A stretch of DNA of 64,000 nucleotides from Sedimentisphaerales bacterium (lineage in GTDB: Bacteria; Planctomycetota; Phycisphaerae; Sedimentisphaerales; SM23-30). Within the stretch, counting starts at the first letter, position 1. The number at the start of each line of letters is the position of its first letter. This document shows positions 50,205 through 61,322 of the stretch, piece by piece. The notes beneath the pieces are model-generated. The model was not told the origin of the DNA and ran no database searches. It saw nothing but the letters and a program-made list of their open reading frames with translations. The stretch covers positions 128,001-192,000 of the forward strand of contig CAXXFK010000001.1 of NCBI GenBank assembly GCA_963663965.2. Direction: 5' to 3'. Both the position numbers and the translations under genes were made by a program.

Positions 50205-51149
50205 ATGCCAGTTTTACTGATTATCATCGGACTTATTTTACTCTACTTCGGCGCTGAATGGCTGGTACGCGGCGCCGTTTCAATTGCCCGCCGACTGGGC
50301 ATAAGCCCCCTGGTCATCGGTCTGACCATCGTCGCCTACGGTACCAGCGCCCCGGAAATGACCGTCAGTATCCAGTCGGCGCTTGCCGGCCAGGGCGATA
50401 TCGCCGCCGCCAATGTGATCGGTTCCAACATATTCAATATCGCCGTCATCCTGGGACTGACAGCCCTGATCTGCCCGATTAACATCGGCGCCCCGATCAT
50501 TCGGCTGGATATGCCTGCCATGATCGCGGTCTCGGTAGCCGGCTGGCTCTGCCTGGCCGACCGCCGGATGGAACGGTGGGAAGGCCTGATTCTGATTGCC
50601 GGAGCCATTGCCTATACCGCCTGGGCCTTCTATCGCAGCCGGCAAGTCCCGGTGGATGGCCCTGTCCTGGCAGAAGTCGAAACCGCTTTACCCGCCAGAA
50701 CCGACCCGACCGCTCTCGCACTCGCACTCATCATCGGCGGTCTGATCGCCCTGGTTTTCGGCTCCAAAGCCCTCGTCACCGGCGCCACCCAGATCGCCCG
50801 CTTCTGGGGCGTCAGCGATGCCGTCATCGGCCTGACCATCGTCAGCGCCGGTACCAGCCTGCCGGAACTGGCCACCTCCGTCGTGGCCGCCAAACGCCGC
50901 CAGAGTGATATCGCCGTTGGCAACGTGGTCGGCTCCAATATCTTCAATATCCTGGCCATCCTCGGAACCTCAGCCCTGCTGGTCCCTTACAGCGCACCCG
51001 GTATCCAGACTGTAGATCTGGTCGCCATGTTCGGCCTGGCCTCAATTGCCCTGCCCTTCATGTGGAGCGGATTTGTCCTGGCCCGCTGGGAAGGCGGCGT
51101 CCTGCTGATGCTCTTCGGCGCCTACCTGGCCTGGCTCTGGCCCAAATAA
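50205..51149 (+). CDS. Calcium/sodium antiporter (CaCA, YrbG-like)
   Basis: Two alpha repeats: GTSAPE..NVIGSNIFN and GTSLPE..NVVGSNIFN. Confidence 0.95.
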   Translation: MPVLLIIIGLILLYFGAEWLVRGAVSIARRLGISPLVIGLTIVAYGTSAPEMTVSIQSALAGQGDIAAANVIGSNIFNIAVILGLTALICPINIGAPIIRLDMPAMIAVSVAGWLCLADRRMERWEGLILIAGAIAYTAWAFYRSRQVPVDGPVLAEVETALPARTDPTALALALIIGGLIALVFGSKALVTGATQIARFWGVSDAVIGLTIVSAGTSLPELATSVVAAKRRQSDIAVGNVVGSNIFNILAILGTSALLVPYSAPGIQTVDLVAMFGLASIALPFMWSGFVLARWEGGVLLMLFGAYLAWLWPK

Positions 51150-51166
51150 CATAAGTACCGGCCATT

Positions 51167-51943
51167 TTAACGAGATAACCCAAAATACGATTGCGATAGC
51201 ATCTGCCAAACAAAACCCGAAACATTAACGGTCAGCCCCGATCGAAGAGATATACTCCCGGTTCTATCGGGCCGTCGAAATTCATAGAGGGATTCATGGA
51301 TGATGACCATCTCTTCCTTTTCGGGCGTTTTCATCTCCGGCGGTCCGATGACAAAACCAAAGTGCCCAAAAGCACACCCCCATTCAAACTCGACGGATCG
51401 ATGCCCCTCTTCAAATTTGCCCAAATTCATGTAAATGCGGATTGAAAGCCGTAATTGCTTCGGGCAACTCTCCTGGAAAATCTCTGGCCCCTAAATAACG
51501 CTGCCCGAAATAATCTTTCGGCAACGCAGCCCAGCCATGCCCGGACCGTGGGGATATCGACCTTTCTGGCTACCCAGTTTTCATACCCTCTCAGAAAATA
51601 AACCGCACCGGGCTGCTGAATAAAAAAAACCACAGACAAAAACAATCAGAGTAGCCTGGATGGGCAAGGTGACATACAGAATCTTTAGCCATGCCACTTT
51701 TTTGTTTCGACATCCATCCAACAACAAACAAAGTGCCAATAAAAACGAGATAAAACTCATTAAAATCAATAGTGGAGAACTAAATATCACATACGGAAAA
51801 GCATCAAACGCATTTCCTCTAACGCCAGCCCAATAATGCGGCAGGCTGTGGTGAACAATACCCAATAATATAAGTCCGATCAGCAGGATAACATATCCTC
51901 GCCAGCCAAACCAGGACTTTAACTTTTTATTCAGCATTTCCAA
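51167..51943 (-). CDS. Hypothetical membrane protein split over three ORFs by frameshifts
   Basis: Overlapping ORFs 51581..51943, 51427..51645 and 51167..51430 read as one protein. Confidence 0.5.
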
Positions 51944-51949
51944 TATCCC

Positions 51950-53832
51950 CTATTCCACCTCCGTCAGCCGATACAACCCCGACCCGTGCAATTCTATCTC
52001 GGCGCTGAAACTATCCATAAAAATACCCAGGTCCTGATCACCCCAGATATCGCAGATCCGGTAGCGATGCTTCTGATCGATATCCGCCAGCCGCACCGTT
52101 ATGTTCGCCTTGTCTTTTACCGCCGAAGGCGCTTGCGTAAACACCATAAACCGGATCGTCCGCGCCATTGTTTCCAGTCTGGTCGGCACCGCCGTCATCC
52201 AGCCCGGCGGTAAACTGGAACCGCTCATACGGCCGGTCCAGGTCATATTCAATCACCGACTTGGCATGCGTGCCGATCCCTCCGTCCCAGCGCTTGCCTT
52301 GAATCTGCAACTGCCGGCCCAAGATACTCTGATCGATATGAATGCTGCCCCAGCCCACCGATGCGTTCTTTCCATTTCATCTCCGTCAGCTTCACCGGCT
52401 TCCCATCAGCCCCAATCAACTTCGGCTCCAGCCAGTCCGCGTGATCATAGGAAAACCCATCCCCGCCGTCATCCACCACCAGATAAAGCTTCCGCGCCCC
52501 GTTCAGCTTCAGATCCGCTTCAACTGTCCGCGGCTGACTGGCCCGCGTAATCAGCGGACTCTGCCATAGCGCCCGCTTCGGATCCGGTTCATTCGCGCTC
52601 TGGGCGTTAAACAACGCCACAAACCAGTCCTTGCTGTGACCGTCCCGCGCCACCCAGCCGATCAGGTCGTTCTCCCGAAACAACTGACGGCTGTCCACTG
52701 CGTTCTGATTCACCTCCAGCATCCCGCGATGCGTCAACAGCGCCAGCGTTGCCGCGTCATTGTTCGGCAGATGCCCGCCCATCATCAGCGGTGAACGCGC
52801 GATCGCCCACAAGCGACATCATCGTCTTCTGCTCGGTCGGCGTAAAGTGGGTCCACCCTTTCGGATCACGCGCGTGGATATTGCCCAGCGGCAGCATATC
52901 CGCGTCTGGATAATAGCCCGTCCCCCCGCCACGGCGTCCAGTCATGCAGCCGCTTGAACTGACTCTTGAGCTGCTCCCACGAATCCCAGAAATCATCGCT
53001 GATCCGCCACAGATTGGCCTGACGCACAACATTCGGCCCGGCCGACAGCGGCGTCTCACCCGGCGAGGTGCTGAACACAATCGCCCGCCCGGTTTTATCT
53101 ATCGCCTTGCGGATCGCCTCAATCTCGGCCTGATGATACGGCCGGCTCAAATCGTCGATCTTCACATAATCCACCTGCCATTCCACCATCCGTTCAAAGA
53201 TCGAATCGTAATACGCCTGCGCCCCCGGCTTGCTCATATCCACCCCGTACATATCCGGATTCCACGGACAGGTACTGTTCCGGTTGGCGATATCCGCCGC
53301 AAAATATGGCGTCCCCTTGACCGGCAAATTCTTCTCCACCGCCCCGTCGCGGAATCCCGCGCATCATATGCAGCCCGAATTTCAGTCCTAACCCATGCAC
53401 ATAATCGGCCAGCGGCCGCAATCCCCGGCCATCCACCGAAGAGGGATGCTTGTTCGCAGCCGGCCAGACCCGCCCCCACTCATCCAGACAGGTCTGCGGA
53501 TTACGCGGATAATCATAGGGCCGGCCATTTTTACCATCCGAACCCGGTTCATACCATTGGATATCCAATACAATATATTCCCAGCCATACGCCTTCAGAT
53601 GCTCGGCCATATAATCGGCGTTCGCCCTTCATCTCCGCTTCCGTGACACTCGCCCCGAAACAGTCCCAGCTGTTCCACCCCCATCGGCGGCGACGGCGCC
53701 CATCTCCAGAACTCCGGCGCCTTCTGATCCTGCGCCACCACTATCTGTCCCAATCCCAATACCATCAGCATCATAACCCAATAGCCCCAACCCTGCCCAG
53801 TTAACTGCTTTTTGCTTATTCCGAATAGCCAT
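51950..53832 (-). CDS. GH27 alpha-galactosidase-like enzyme with NPCBM-like modules; multiple frameshifts
   Basis: Across frames: PPMG-WNSWDCFG, YIVLDIQWY, GLKFGLH, VDYVKIDD, LWRISDDFWD, PDADMLPLG, RSPLMMGG, YDHADW, GIGTHA. Confidence 0.85.
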
Positions 53833-53872
53833 TTTTTCAGTTCCTTTCTTAATATGAATGCTCGCATTGCAC

Positions 53873-53898
53873 GTAGAGACGCGATGCTTCGCGTCTCT
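53873..53898 (+). repeat. GTAG-type REP-like palindrome
   Basis: GTAG-agacgcga-tgct-tcgcgtct-ct in an intergenic gap. Confidence 0.6.
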
Positions 53899-54000
53899 TT
53901 TTTATGCGTGCAATCAGATACTTCCATACCCAATAGGGTTTTCAGGCCAGATTGTAATCCAGATCATTCCTCAAATCAAGAGGATCACACCCCCTTATCA

Positions 54001-55157
54001 CTATTTCGGCAACGGTGTATTGGGCTTGACCGCATCCTTTGGATACGGATGCTTCTTGCCAAACACCAGCAAATCCGCCCGCTCAAGCACCACCACAAAC
54101 GATTCATCGACCTTGCCCTTGTCATCCAATACTGCATCCAGCTTCAAACCCAGATGTTCCGCCAGAAACGGATACGCCGCCATCCGCTTGGATGGGGCCG
54201 TAATCATGTTTTTCCTCGGGAAAATGAGCATTCCTGACTTGATCGCCCGCGCCATACAACTCATACACTTGTTTAACGTAGGGATACTCCACCTCGGGTG
54301 TATTCTGCGTCCAGTCCGAGCCATTGGATATCAACAGTTGCGGCCGGGGCGCCGCCAGCGCCGCAATCTCCGCGTTATTGGTTTTAAATCCCGGCCCCTG
54401 ATGAATGGGCATACCACTCTCGCACACACAGCCCCCAAAGAAATGGGCCGATACCTGGCACACCGGCACACTCACCGCCACCCGATCGTCAATCGCGGCC
54501 AGCAGAAATGTCTGCGTACCACCCCCCCCGAACATCCCGTCATACCAATCCGCTTCGCGTCCACATCCGGCAACGTCAGGATAAAATCCAGCGCTCGAAT
54601 ACAATTCCACATCTGTAACCGGAGCACTTCCGGCGTCTCCTTGTGCGACCACCCGGCCTCTTCCCAGTCACCATACCCAACCATATCATACTGAAAGACC
54701 GCCGCTCCCATCCGCGCCAGTACCGCGCACCGGATCTGCCGGTTGGCAATAAAACGCCCCCCGTGACCATGCGGACAAAGAAATCCCGGCCAGAGGACCC
54801 TGATAGCGGGTGGGACGATACAGCGTACCGGTCACATAAAAACCCGGTGAACTTTCTATCGCCACACTCTCGATCGAATACCCATCATAGACCCGCTTAT
54901 CGAAATACCTCGGATTTAAAGCCGTTTTCCTCCGGCAGCGTCGCCAGACCCGCGCCCGCCAGAATCCCCTCACGAATCGTCTGCTTACGCCGCTCCCATC
55001 CCCGCCAGGTCCTGATAGCTCCCTTTAAACGCCGCCAACTCCGCCCGCGCCTCCTCAGCGCTCTGCGCGTACCCCTGACGCAAAACCACCTCTCCCACCC
55101 ATCAAAACCGTCCGTCAACATCAACCCCACAATCAGCGCAATCATGAAAGTCTTCAT
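54001..55157 (-). CDS. Secreted alpha/beta-hydrolase (acetylxylan-esterase-like); multiple frameshifts
   Basis: Across frames: [61 protein letters not shown]. Confidence 0.8.
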
Positions 55158-56431
55158 AACACAAAATCCTTTCTATAGATTTCTACCTGTCCAGATCAAT
55201 TATTCTTAATATCATCAAATTTAAAAACGCTTTTTAAATCCGAACTATTTCATATAAGCTGTTGTAATGATCATCTTTATATCGCTATCCGATTTTATAT
55301 TACAAAATTCGAAAATACATTATTTTTTCACGTATTATTCGATTAATAACATCCTCTGTCCTATAATACACCATACAACATTACACTAAAAAGGAGAACC
55401 AATATGTTAAAAGTCAGGTCAATATCCCCTGATCTATCTTGTTATTTTAGTAACATCCCTCGCTGCCACCACAATGCTACACGCGTATGACCGCGCCGGT
55501 TGGGACGCTAACTTGAGTACTTTCTTCCATAACGTCTCCGGCAGGGTCATCATCGAAGACGCCGACACGATCCGTGTCGAAAACTTCTATTATGACGGGC
55601 AGGGCCCGGCCGTCTATTTCTATCTTGCCGAACAGAATACCAATGAATCTTTCAAAAACGGCCTGGCCATCGGTTCATTGCTTACCCGCCCCACTGCCTA
55701 TAATAACGAAACCCTCACCATCGACCTGCCCGCGGGCAATACGCTCGATGGTTATCATGCCATCTCGGTCTGGTGTGCCGCGGTATCGGTTAATTTCGGT
55801 TCCGGCCTGTTTGGTGTCAACGCTGAATACACCGTCACCTTCGACGCTACCTGGAGCGCCCAAACCCATACTTATTTCCCGCCCAGCCCCCATTTCTCCG
55901 GCCTTATCGGCCTGACCCATACTCCACAAACGTCCATCTGGCGCCTGGGCGATCTCGCCTCCAATGGCATTGAATCGATGGCCGAAACCGGCTCGAAATC
56001 AGCTTTGATTGCCGATATGACCCCGCTCTTTAATTCCGGCAATGCCTTCAGCACCCTTTCCGGCGGTGGAATCAATCCGTCACCCGGTTCCGTATCGCTC
56101 AACTTCAATATCCATTCAGCTTTCCCTAATGTATCCCTCGTCAGCATGATCGCCCCCAGTCCCGACTGGTTCGTCGGTGTCGATAGCCTGTCGCTCTTTC
56201 AGGACGGTCAATGGCTGCCCGAGGTCGTCGTACCGTTATGGCCCTATGACTCCGGTACCGACAGCGGGCCCGATTTCACCTCGCCCAATAACGACACCAA
56301 CCCTCCCCAGCCAATCACCCAAATCACCGGATACCCATTCACCGGCGATCCGACCCTGGGCACATTCACCTTCACCCTCACCTGCTCCGGTACCGCGCCC
56401 GCCGACCTGAACAATGATTGCCGGGTAGATA

Positions 56432-57536
56432 TACTGTTCCTGAATGAATCTGTCCAGAAATTGCACAAACCGCTTGGGAGTGTCCGATAATAACCGCATG
56501 GAACCATTGCATGCCAAGGAAATCCAGCGATTGCGTCAGTTGCACCATACCTTGAGAGACCGGCGTCAGGCAGACAAGATCAAGGCGGTCATTCTGCTGG
56601 GAACCGGTTGGACCGTGGCCAAGGTGGCCGAGGCGTTGCTTCTGGATGAAAAAACCATCCACCGGTATCAGCATGCCTATCACCGGAATCCGAACGGCTC
56701 GTTCTGGGAGACCGATTATCAGGGCAGCCAATGCGAGTTGAGCGAGCAGCAATTGCAGCAATTGGATCAGCATCTGCAACAAACCGTTTATCTGACCGTG
56801 GCGGCCGTGGTGGATTATGTTCGCAAGGCGTTCGGAGTCTACTATTCGGTGCAAGGCATGACCAATTTGCTGCATCGTTTGGGATTTGTTTACAAAAAAC
56901 CGGTGCTGGTTCCCGGTAAGGCCGACGCCGCCCGGCAAGAGGCATTTATCAAGCATTACAAAAAGCTGAAGGCCAAGAAAGCTCCCATTTATTTCATGGA
57001 TGGCGTGCATCCGCAACACAACAGCGTCGCGGCCTGCGGCTGGATCAAGAAGGGGCAGACGGTCACGCTGCCCAGCAACACCGGCCGCCAGCGCTTGAAT
57101 ATCAACGGGGCGCTGAACCCCGCTACGCTGGAAGTGGTGATGGAGATTGCGGCGACGCTTAATGGCGACACCACCATCGCCCTGCTGAAAAAGTTGGAAA
57201 GGAAACATCCGGAAGCCAAGGTGATTTATGTGATTCCGGACAATGCCCGATACTATCGCAGCCAGGCGGTGCAGGACTATTTGAAGGGCTCCCGGATTCG
57301 TCTGGAGTTTTTGCCGCCTTATTCGCCCAATTTGAATCTGATCGAACGATTGTGGCGCTATTTTCGCAAAAGAGTATTGCATAACAAGTACTACGAGACT
57401 TTCGCAGAATTTGAGAAGGCCTGTCTGCTCTTCTTTAAAAAACTCCGGTCATACCGACCGGAACTCATAACCTTGCTGACTGAGAAATTCCACATCATAG
57501 GTGCTTGATACCGGACATTCTCATGTTGGAAGAGTA
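56432..57536 (+). mobile_element. IS630-family insertion sequence (1105 bp) with TA duplication
   Basis: Imperfect IRs tactgttcc.. and ..ggaagagta; TA on both sides; removal restores gta gat atc aac gac. Confidence 0.95.
56498..57508 (+). CDS. IS630 transposase, intact
   Basis: HTH region, YFMDGVHP, DNARYY, FLPPYSPNLNLIERLW. Confidence 0.95.
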   Translation: MEPLHAKEIQRLRQLHHTLRDRRQADKIKAVILLGTGWTVAKVAEALLLDEKTIHRYQHAYHRNPNGSFWETDYQGSQCELSEQQLQQLDQHLQQTVYLTVAAVVDYVRKAFGVYYSVQGMTNLLHRLGFVYKKPVLVPGKADAARQEAFIKHYKKLKAKKAPIYFMDGVHPQHNSVAACGWIKKGQTVTLPSNTGRQRLNINGALNPATLEVVMEIAATLNGDTTIALLKKLERKHPEAKVIYVIPDNARYYRSQAVQDYLKGSRIRLEFLPPYSPNLNLIERLWRYFRKRVLHNKYYETFAEFEKACLLFFKKLRSYRPELITLLTEKFHIIGA

Positions 57537-57885
57537 TATCAACGACTTGGCCATTTTTGCCTCCCAATGGCTGCTGGACTGCGCCCAGACTCCACATAAT
57601 CCATTCTGCTTATAATCAAAGGGTGTATTCGTACATGGCATGGATCAATCTGTTATCCATGCCATTCTATTCCAACTTCCCCAGAATACACAACTGATTC
57701 AATCATGACTTTATATGGTTTAATGCAACAAACAATCATTATCTAATATCATTATTTACCGTTGCATGTCCGACGGGTCTCAATTGATATAAAAGAAGAA
57801 CCGCCTTCCCACAGAGGTAAGACGGTCCCATTGATTAGGTTGATCTATTTATACCATTTACGTTTTCAATACCTGATGGGTATAT

Positions 57886-59538
57886 TTACGGAATATCCAA
57901 ACACAGTCCATAAGGTTTGGCGCAATTCAGCCATTGGCTGGAAATCACCTGTAAGTCCCATAGATCGACGACACAATCGCCATTAACATCACCGGCCAGC
58001 TTCGATGAACATTCATAGATAATGAACGGTACCGGTGATACCGTGCAGATATCTGGATTTTCCGCCTTGCGGAGTCGTAACAAACACTGATCCGAGGTCA
58101 GAACAGGAGCTTCCCACGTTACTACACCGGTATTGAATGCGTAACCCAGGAATTGCCAGGTCTGACCATTATCCGAAGACAACTCAAATCCAATCCGCCC
58201 AAACTGATTATCGTCAGTCCATTCAATCGAAATGGTCTCCCCGGCATAATAAGCCTCACCACCAACCGGAGAACTCAACATAAACGGGCTGGGATATGCC
58301 GGAACCAGTTTTAACAGGGTCGAACCATTAGCGACAGCATGAAAACCCAAAGCGCCATCCCAGGATACGCCGCCCATCAGACGAATCCGCAGATAAAATT
58401 GATAATTACCCGCCGGCAATATCCCCACCGGCGACCCGGTTGGACTACCGCCCGCTACATCCACATCCAGTCCTTCCAGTATATTGGAAAAAATAATCTC
58501 ATCGGTATCGGTATTCTTCAGCTCGATCTGACCATCCAGATCGCCAATAATCGTAGTCAGATCGTTCACGGTTGTATACATACCGGAAATCTCATAGTCG
58601 GTCTGAGCCAGAACCATAAACGGCAAAGTCGCCTCAGAAGTCGTATAACCGCCTTCTTTGAGTTCGAGCTCAGAAACCAGCTCCGTTTCACCACCCGTCC
58701 GAGCCTGATAGGTAATCGTTCCCGTATTAACGTACGATGGGGCATTGCCATTGGCCTGCGACGCCGTGGCCGCCGCCTCACCCAGCAAGGGCAAAGGCGT
58801 AATCGTCTGTGACTCAACATGACCCCACCAGGGAACATGCGAACTCTGCTTGATTGAACCGGCCGGCGTTGAAATCAGACTCAAAGGTAATATTTCCAGT
58901 GTAATCATCCCGCTGCCGCTATGATTTTCCCATGAACCCGCACTACCATGGGACATTTCCGCTACCACCTGAAAATCATAAGTACCCGCCGGCAATACCC
59001 CCCAATAGCTGCCGGTCTGCCCGGCTTCAGTCTGAACATCCAGTGCCTGGCCGGTCTGGTTATTCTCAAACAGGGTGATTCCACTGTTCACATCAACCAG
59101 GCTGATCTCCAACTTGCCATTAGCGGCCGTCGTCTGATAACTCCCGGATAACTGATACAGATAGTTCCCGCCCGTCGTAATCTGGAGAGTCCCGGTCGAT
59201 CGCAAAAATCCGCCCACTGTCATGGTATGATGAATATCAAAGGCCAGAACACCCGGACTCTCACCCTGGTAATTAATCGATCCACTGTTTTTTAGCGAAT
59301 CCGAAGTGCTATGATCCCAGTATTGATCCGCGCTCGCCGTGGCATTGCCCGGGAATTCCAATGGAGTCGCAGTACCCGAATTGGTATGCCCCCACCAGTA
59401 GGTGCGCGCCTGCTGCAATAGTGAACTGGTCTCGCCCAACTGAATTTGTAACGGCACTTCCGCGCGCGCTGATAAGCTACTGAATAGAATTAAACTTAAA
59501 CCGAACATAATCATTGTTTTGATTTTATGATAACCCAT
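57886..59538 (-). CDS. Secreted protein with two related beta-rich modules and a dockerin-like C-terminus
   Basis: Signal peptide; WWGH..TPL..ATA and G(V/I)LPAG(T/N)Y.F each occur twice; GDVNGDCVVDLWDLQVISSQWL. Confidence 0.75.
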   Translation of the reverse strand: MGYHKIKTMIMFGLSLILFSSLSARAEVPLQIQLGETSSLLQQARTYWWGHTNSGTATPLEFPGNATASADQYWDHSTSDSLKNSGSINYQGESPGVLAFDIHHTMTVGGFLRSTGTLQITTGGNYLYQLSGSYQTTAANGKLEISLVDVNSGITLFENNQTGQALDVQTEAGQTGSYWGVLPAGTYDFQVVAEMSHGSAGSWENHSGSGMITLEILPLSLISTPAGSIKQSSHVPWWGHVESQTITPLPLLGEAAATASQANGNAPSYVNTGTITYQARTGGETELVSELELKEGGYTTSEATLPFMVLAQTDYEISGMYTTVNDLTTIIGDLDGQIELKNTDTDEIIFSNILEGLDVDVAGGSPTGSPVGILPAGNYQFYLRIRLMGGVSWDGALGFHAVANGSTLLKLVPAYPSPFMLSSPVGGEAYYAGETISIEWTDDNQFGRIGFELSSDNGQTWQFLGYAFNTGVVTWEAPVLTSDQCLLRLRKAENPDICTVSPVPFIIYECSSKLAGDVNGDCVVDLWDLQVISSQWLNCAKPYGLCLDIP

Positions 59539-60090
59539 AATAGAGTCTCCTTTGGAGAAAAGATAATCAATTTAATACGATTACCCGATGCCGCTATGAA
59601 ACAAAACGAGATACGCCGGCCATCGGGACAGCCACCCCAAAAATCTCGTTTTGCTTTCGAAGTTACCGCACAGAACGAATCCCCTTGCCCAACCAGCACG
59701 GCTTACAGACAATCATCAGCAATTCTGGAATGAATTGCCCATAACATCTGTCGTCCACATCACTGATTGACATTGTTACCAACAACTCCTGCCGCCGGTC
59801 ACAACTGAAAACACTTTCGTTTGGCGCTAAAATTCGCTTTTCGCCTTGCCTCAATACAGTCAATATCAAGTGTATTCAAAACTTAAAAACTATAGGACCA
59901 AACCCTCAGGAAGTCAAATAATCCCGAACCAAGCCTGTTTCTGGTATACAAAAGAACAACGTCCAATACCTCTTGACAAAAACAATCAGGCGTTAAAAAA
60001 AAACTTCTGATCAATCACACCTATTCACTCCTCCTGAATGGCAAACCAGGCCAGACAAGTTCGGCTGCAACAAGGTTCATACTGTTCGAT

Positions 60091-61263
60091 TTATTTCTTG
60101 ATTTCCATCGGCGCCCATTGGATAACACCATCCACCACCCTCGGCGGCGCCATCACGGCGAATAACTCCGTCGGCCAGGCGGTCAGCCGGCTGAAACCAT
60201 CCGGAGTTGCTTGTTGAAACTGAAGATAAGCCTGCACCGTTCCCCGGGTCGTATAACCGATCGCTTGCGACTGACCGCCAGTCCCAAACACCTGGTATCC
60301 CGCCAGAATACTATCTTCCAGATCGATATGCAGATAGTCCGGATGTTTTTCACTGCAGATAATACCCGTCGAAGGAGAGATGCTCGGCTGAGAAAAGTTC
60401 AGCACCATCATGCGGCAGTCACGACATCGGACCCGCACACACTTGCTGGCAAAAGAAACCTGCACCGCGTTATCCGGATGCACCATAATACAATCTTCAA
60501 AAACCGCGTGCGGCTCATTCGGCATTTGGGTTTCCCAGCCGCCCACCAGTACCGCGCCCGTATCGCCACCCCAATCCAGCGCCATAAAATAACACCGGCG
60601 AAACAAACTCGGCTCACCCGGCCGCACTACCGGATAACACAAACCACCCCCAAACGCGCGCCCAATCCCCACACAATCTTCCACCCGGACACTGAAGCCC
60701 TCTCCGCTCTTGTGGGTCAGATCCCAGAACAATCCCGCGTCCCCACCGGTCGCGTAAAGATAACGAAACGCCCACCGGTCCCAGACCACACTGGAAAAGT
60801 TGGTCTTGTTATTCCCTGTATGCCACTCCGTCGTCGAGGCTCGCATCGTCGACCACCAGTCCCAGCTCTTAAATCCCTTTTCTTCATCGCCGGCGTCAAT
60901 CACTACCCATCCCGTCGCGCCCGACCCCAGCTTGCCATCCACATCGCCAATCAGAAGATTATAAGCCCCGGCCGCGCCCGGATGCGGCGTTTCCAGATTC
61001 GCCTCCATATAATGGTCCGGCCGGACAATAACCCGGTGACCGCCCCGGTCATCCGGAATCGCGTTCAACGCCCGCTGAATACTCCCAAACGCCGTCGCCC
61101 AGCTCTGCCCCGTGGTATTATCACCCGCCTTGGACACATACAACGTCACTCCCACACGCCCATCATACCCCGAATCCCCCACTACCGGGCTAACCGCCCA
61201 CACCGGCGTAGTGCCCCCGATACTAACCAGCAACATCAAAATCGCATAACCAATCTGTTTCAT
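60091..61263 (-). CDS. Secreted hypothetical protein with pectin-lyase-like N-terminal motif
   Basis: Signal peptide; LYVSKAGDNTTGQSWATAFGSIQRAL..VIVRPDHY. Start uncertain. Confidence 0.65.
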   Translation of the reverse strand: MKQIGYAILMLLVSIGGTTPVWAVSPVVGDSGYDGRVGVTLYVSKAGDNTTGQSWATAFGSIQRALNAIPDDRGGHRVIVRPDHYMEANLETPHPGAAGAYNLLIGDVDGKLGSGATGWVVIDAGDEEKGFKSWDWWSTMRASTTEWHTGNNKTNFSSVVWDRWAFRYLYATGGDAGLFWDLTHKSGEGFSVRVEDCVGIGRAFGGGLCYPVVRPGEPSLFRRCYFMALDWGGDTGAVLVGGWETQMPNEPHAVFEDCIMVHPDNAVQVSFASKCVRVRCRDCRMMVLNFSQPSISPSTGIICSEKHPDYLHIDLEDSILAGYQVFGTGGQSQAIGYTTRGTVQAYLQFQQATPDGFSRLTAWPTELFAVMAPPRVVDGVIQWAPMEIKK

Positions 61264-61322
61264 TTCAATCATCCTCATTTCAAGAACATCCAGCATACCT
61301 GATCCAAAATGATTACCCGCCT

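Larger units (their letters stand above)
55404..57615 (+). pseudogene. Secreted DM13 + Spondin_N protein with dockerin-like tail interrupted by IS630
   Basis: HNVSGRV..NFYYDGQGP..ISVWC (DM13); YTVTFDATWS, HFSGLIG, MAETG, SMIAPSPDWFVG, YDSGTDSG (spondin). Tail ADLNNDCRVDI / NDLAIFASQWL is split by the IS. Extra C in the signal region at 55426-55429. Confidence 0.85.

Noticed and set aside
52944..54694. Plus-strand ORFs of 286 and 278 aa
   Set aside because: Antisense to the frameshifted GH27 and esterase genes.
56378..57382. 334-aa minus-strand ORF
   Set aside because: Antisense to the IS630 transposase, with no recognisable motifs.
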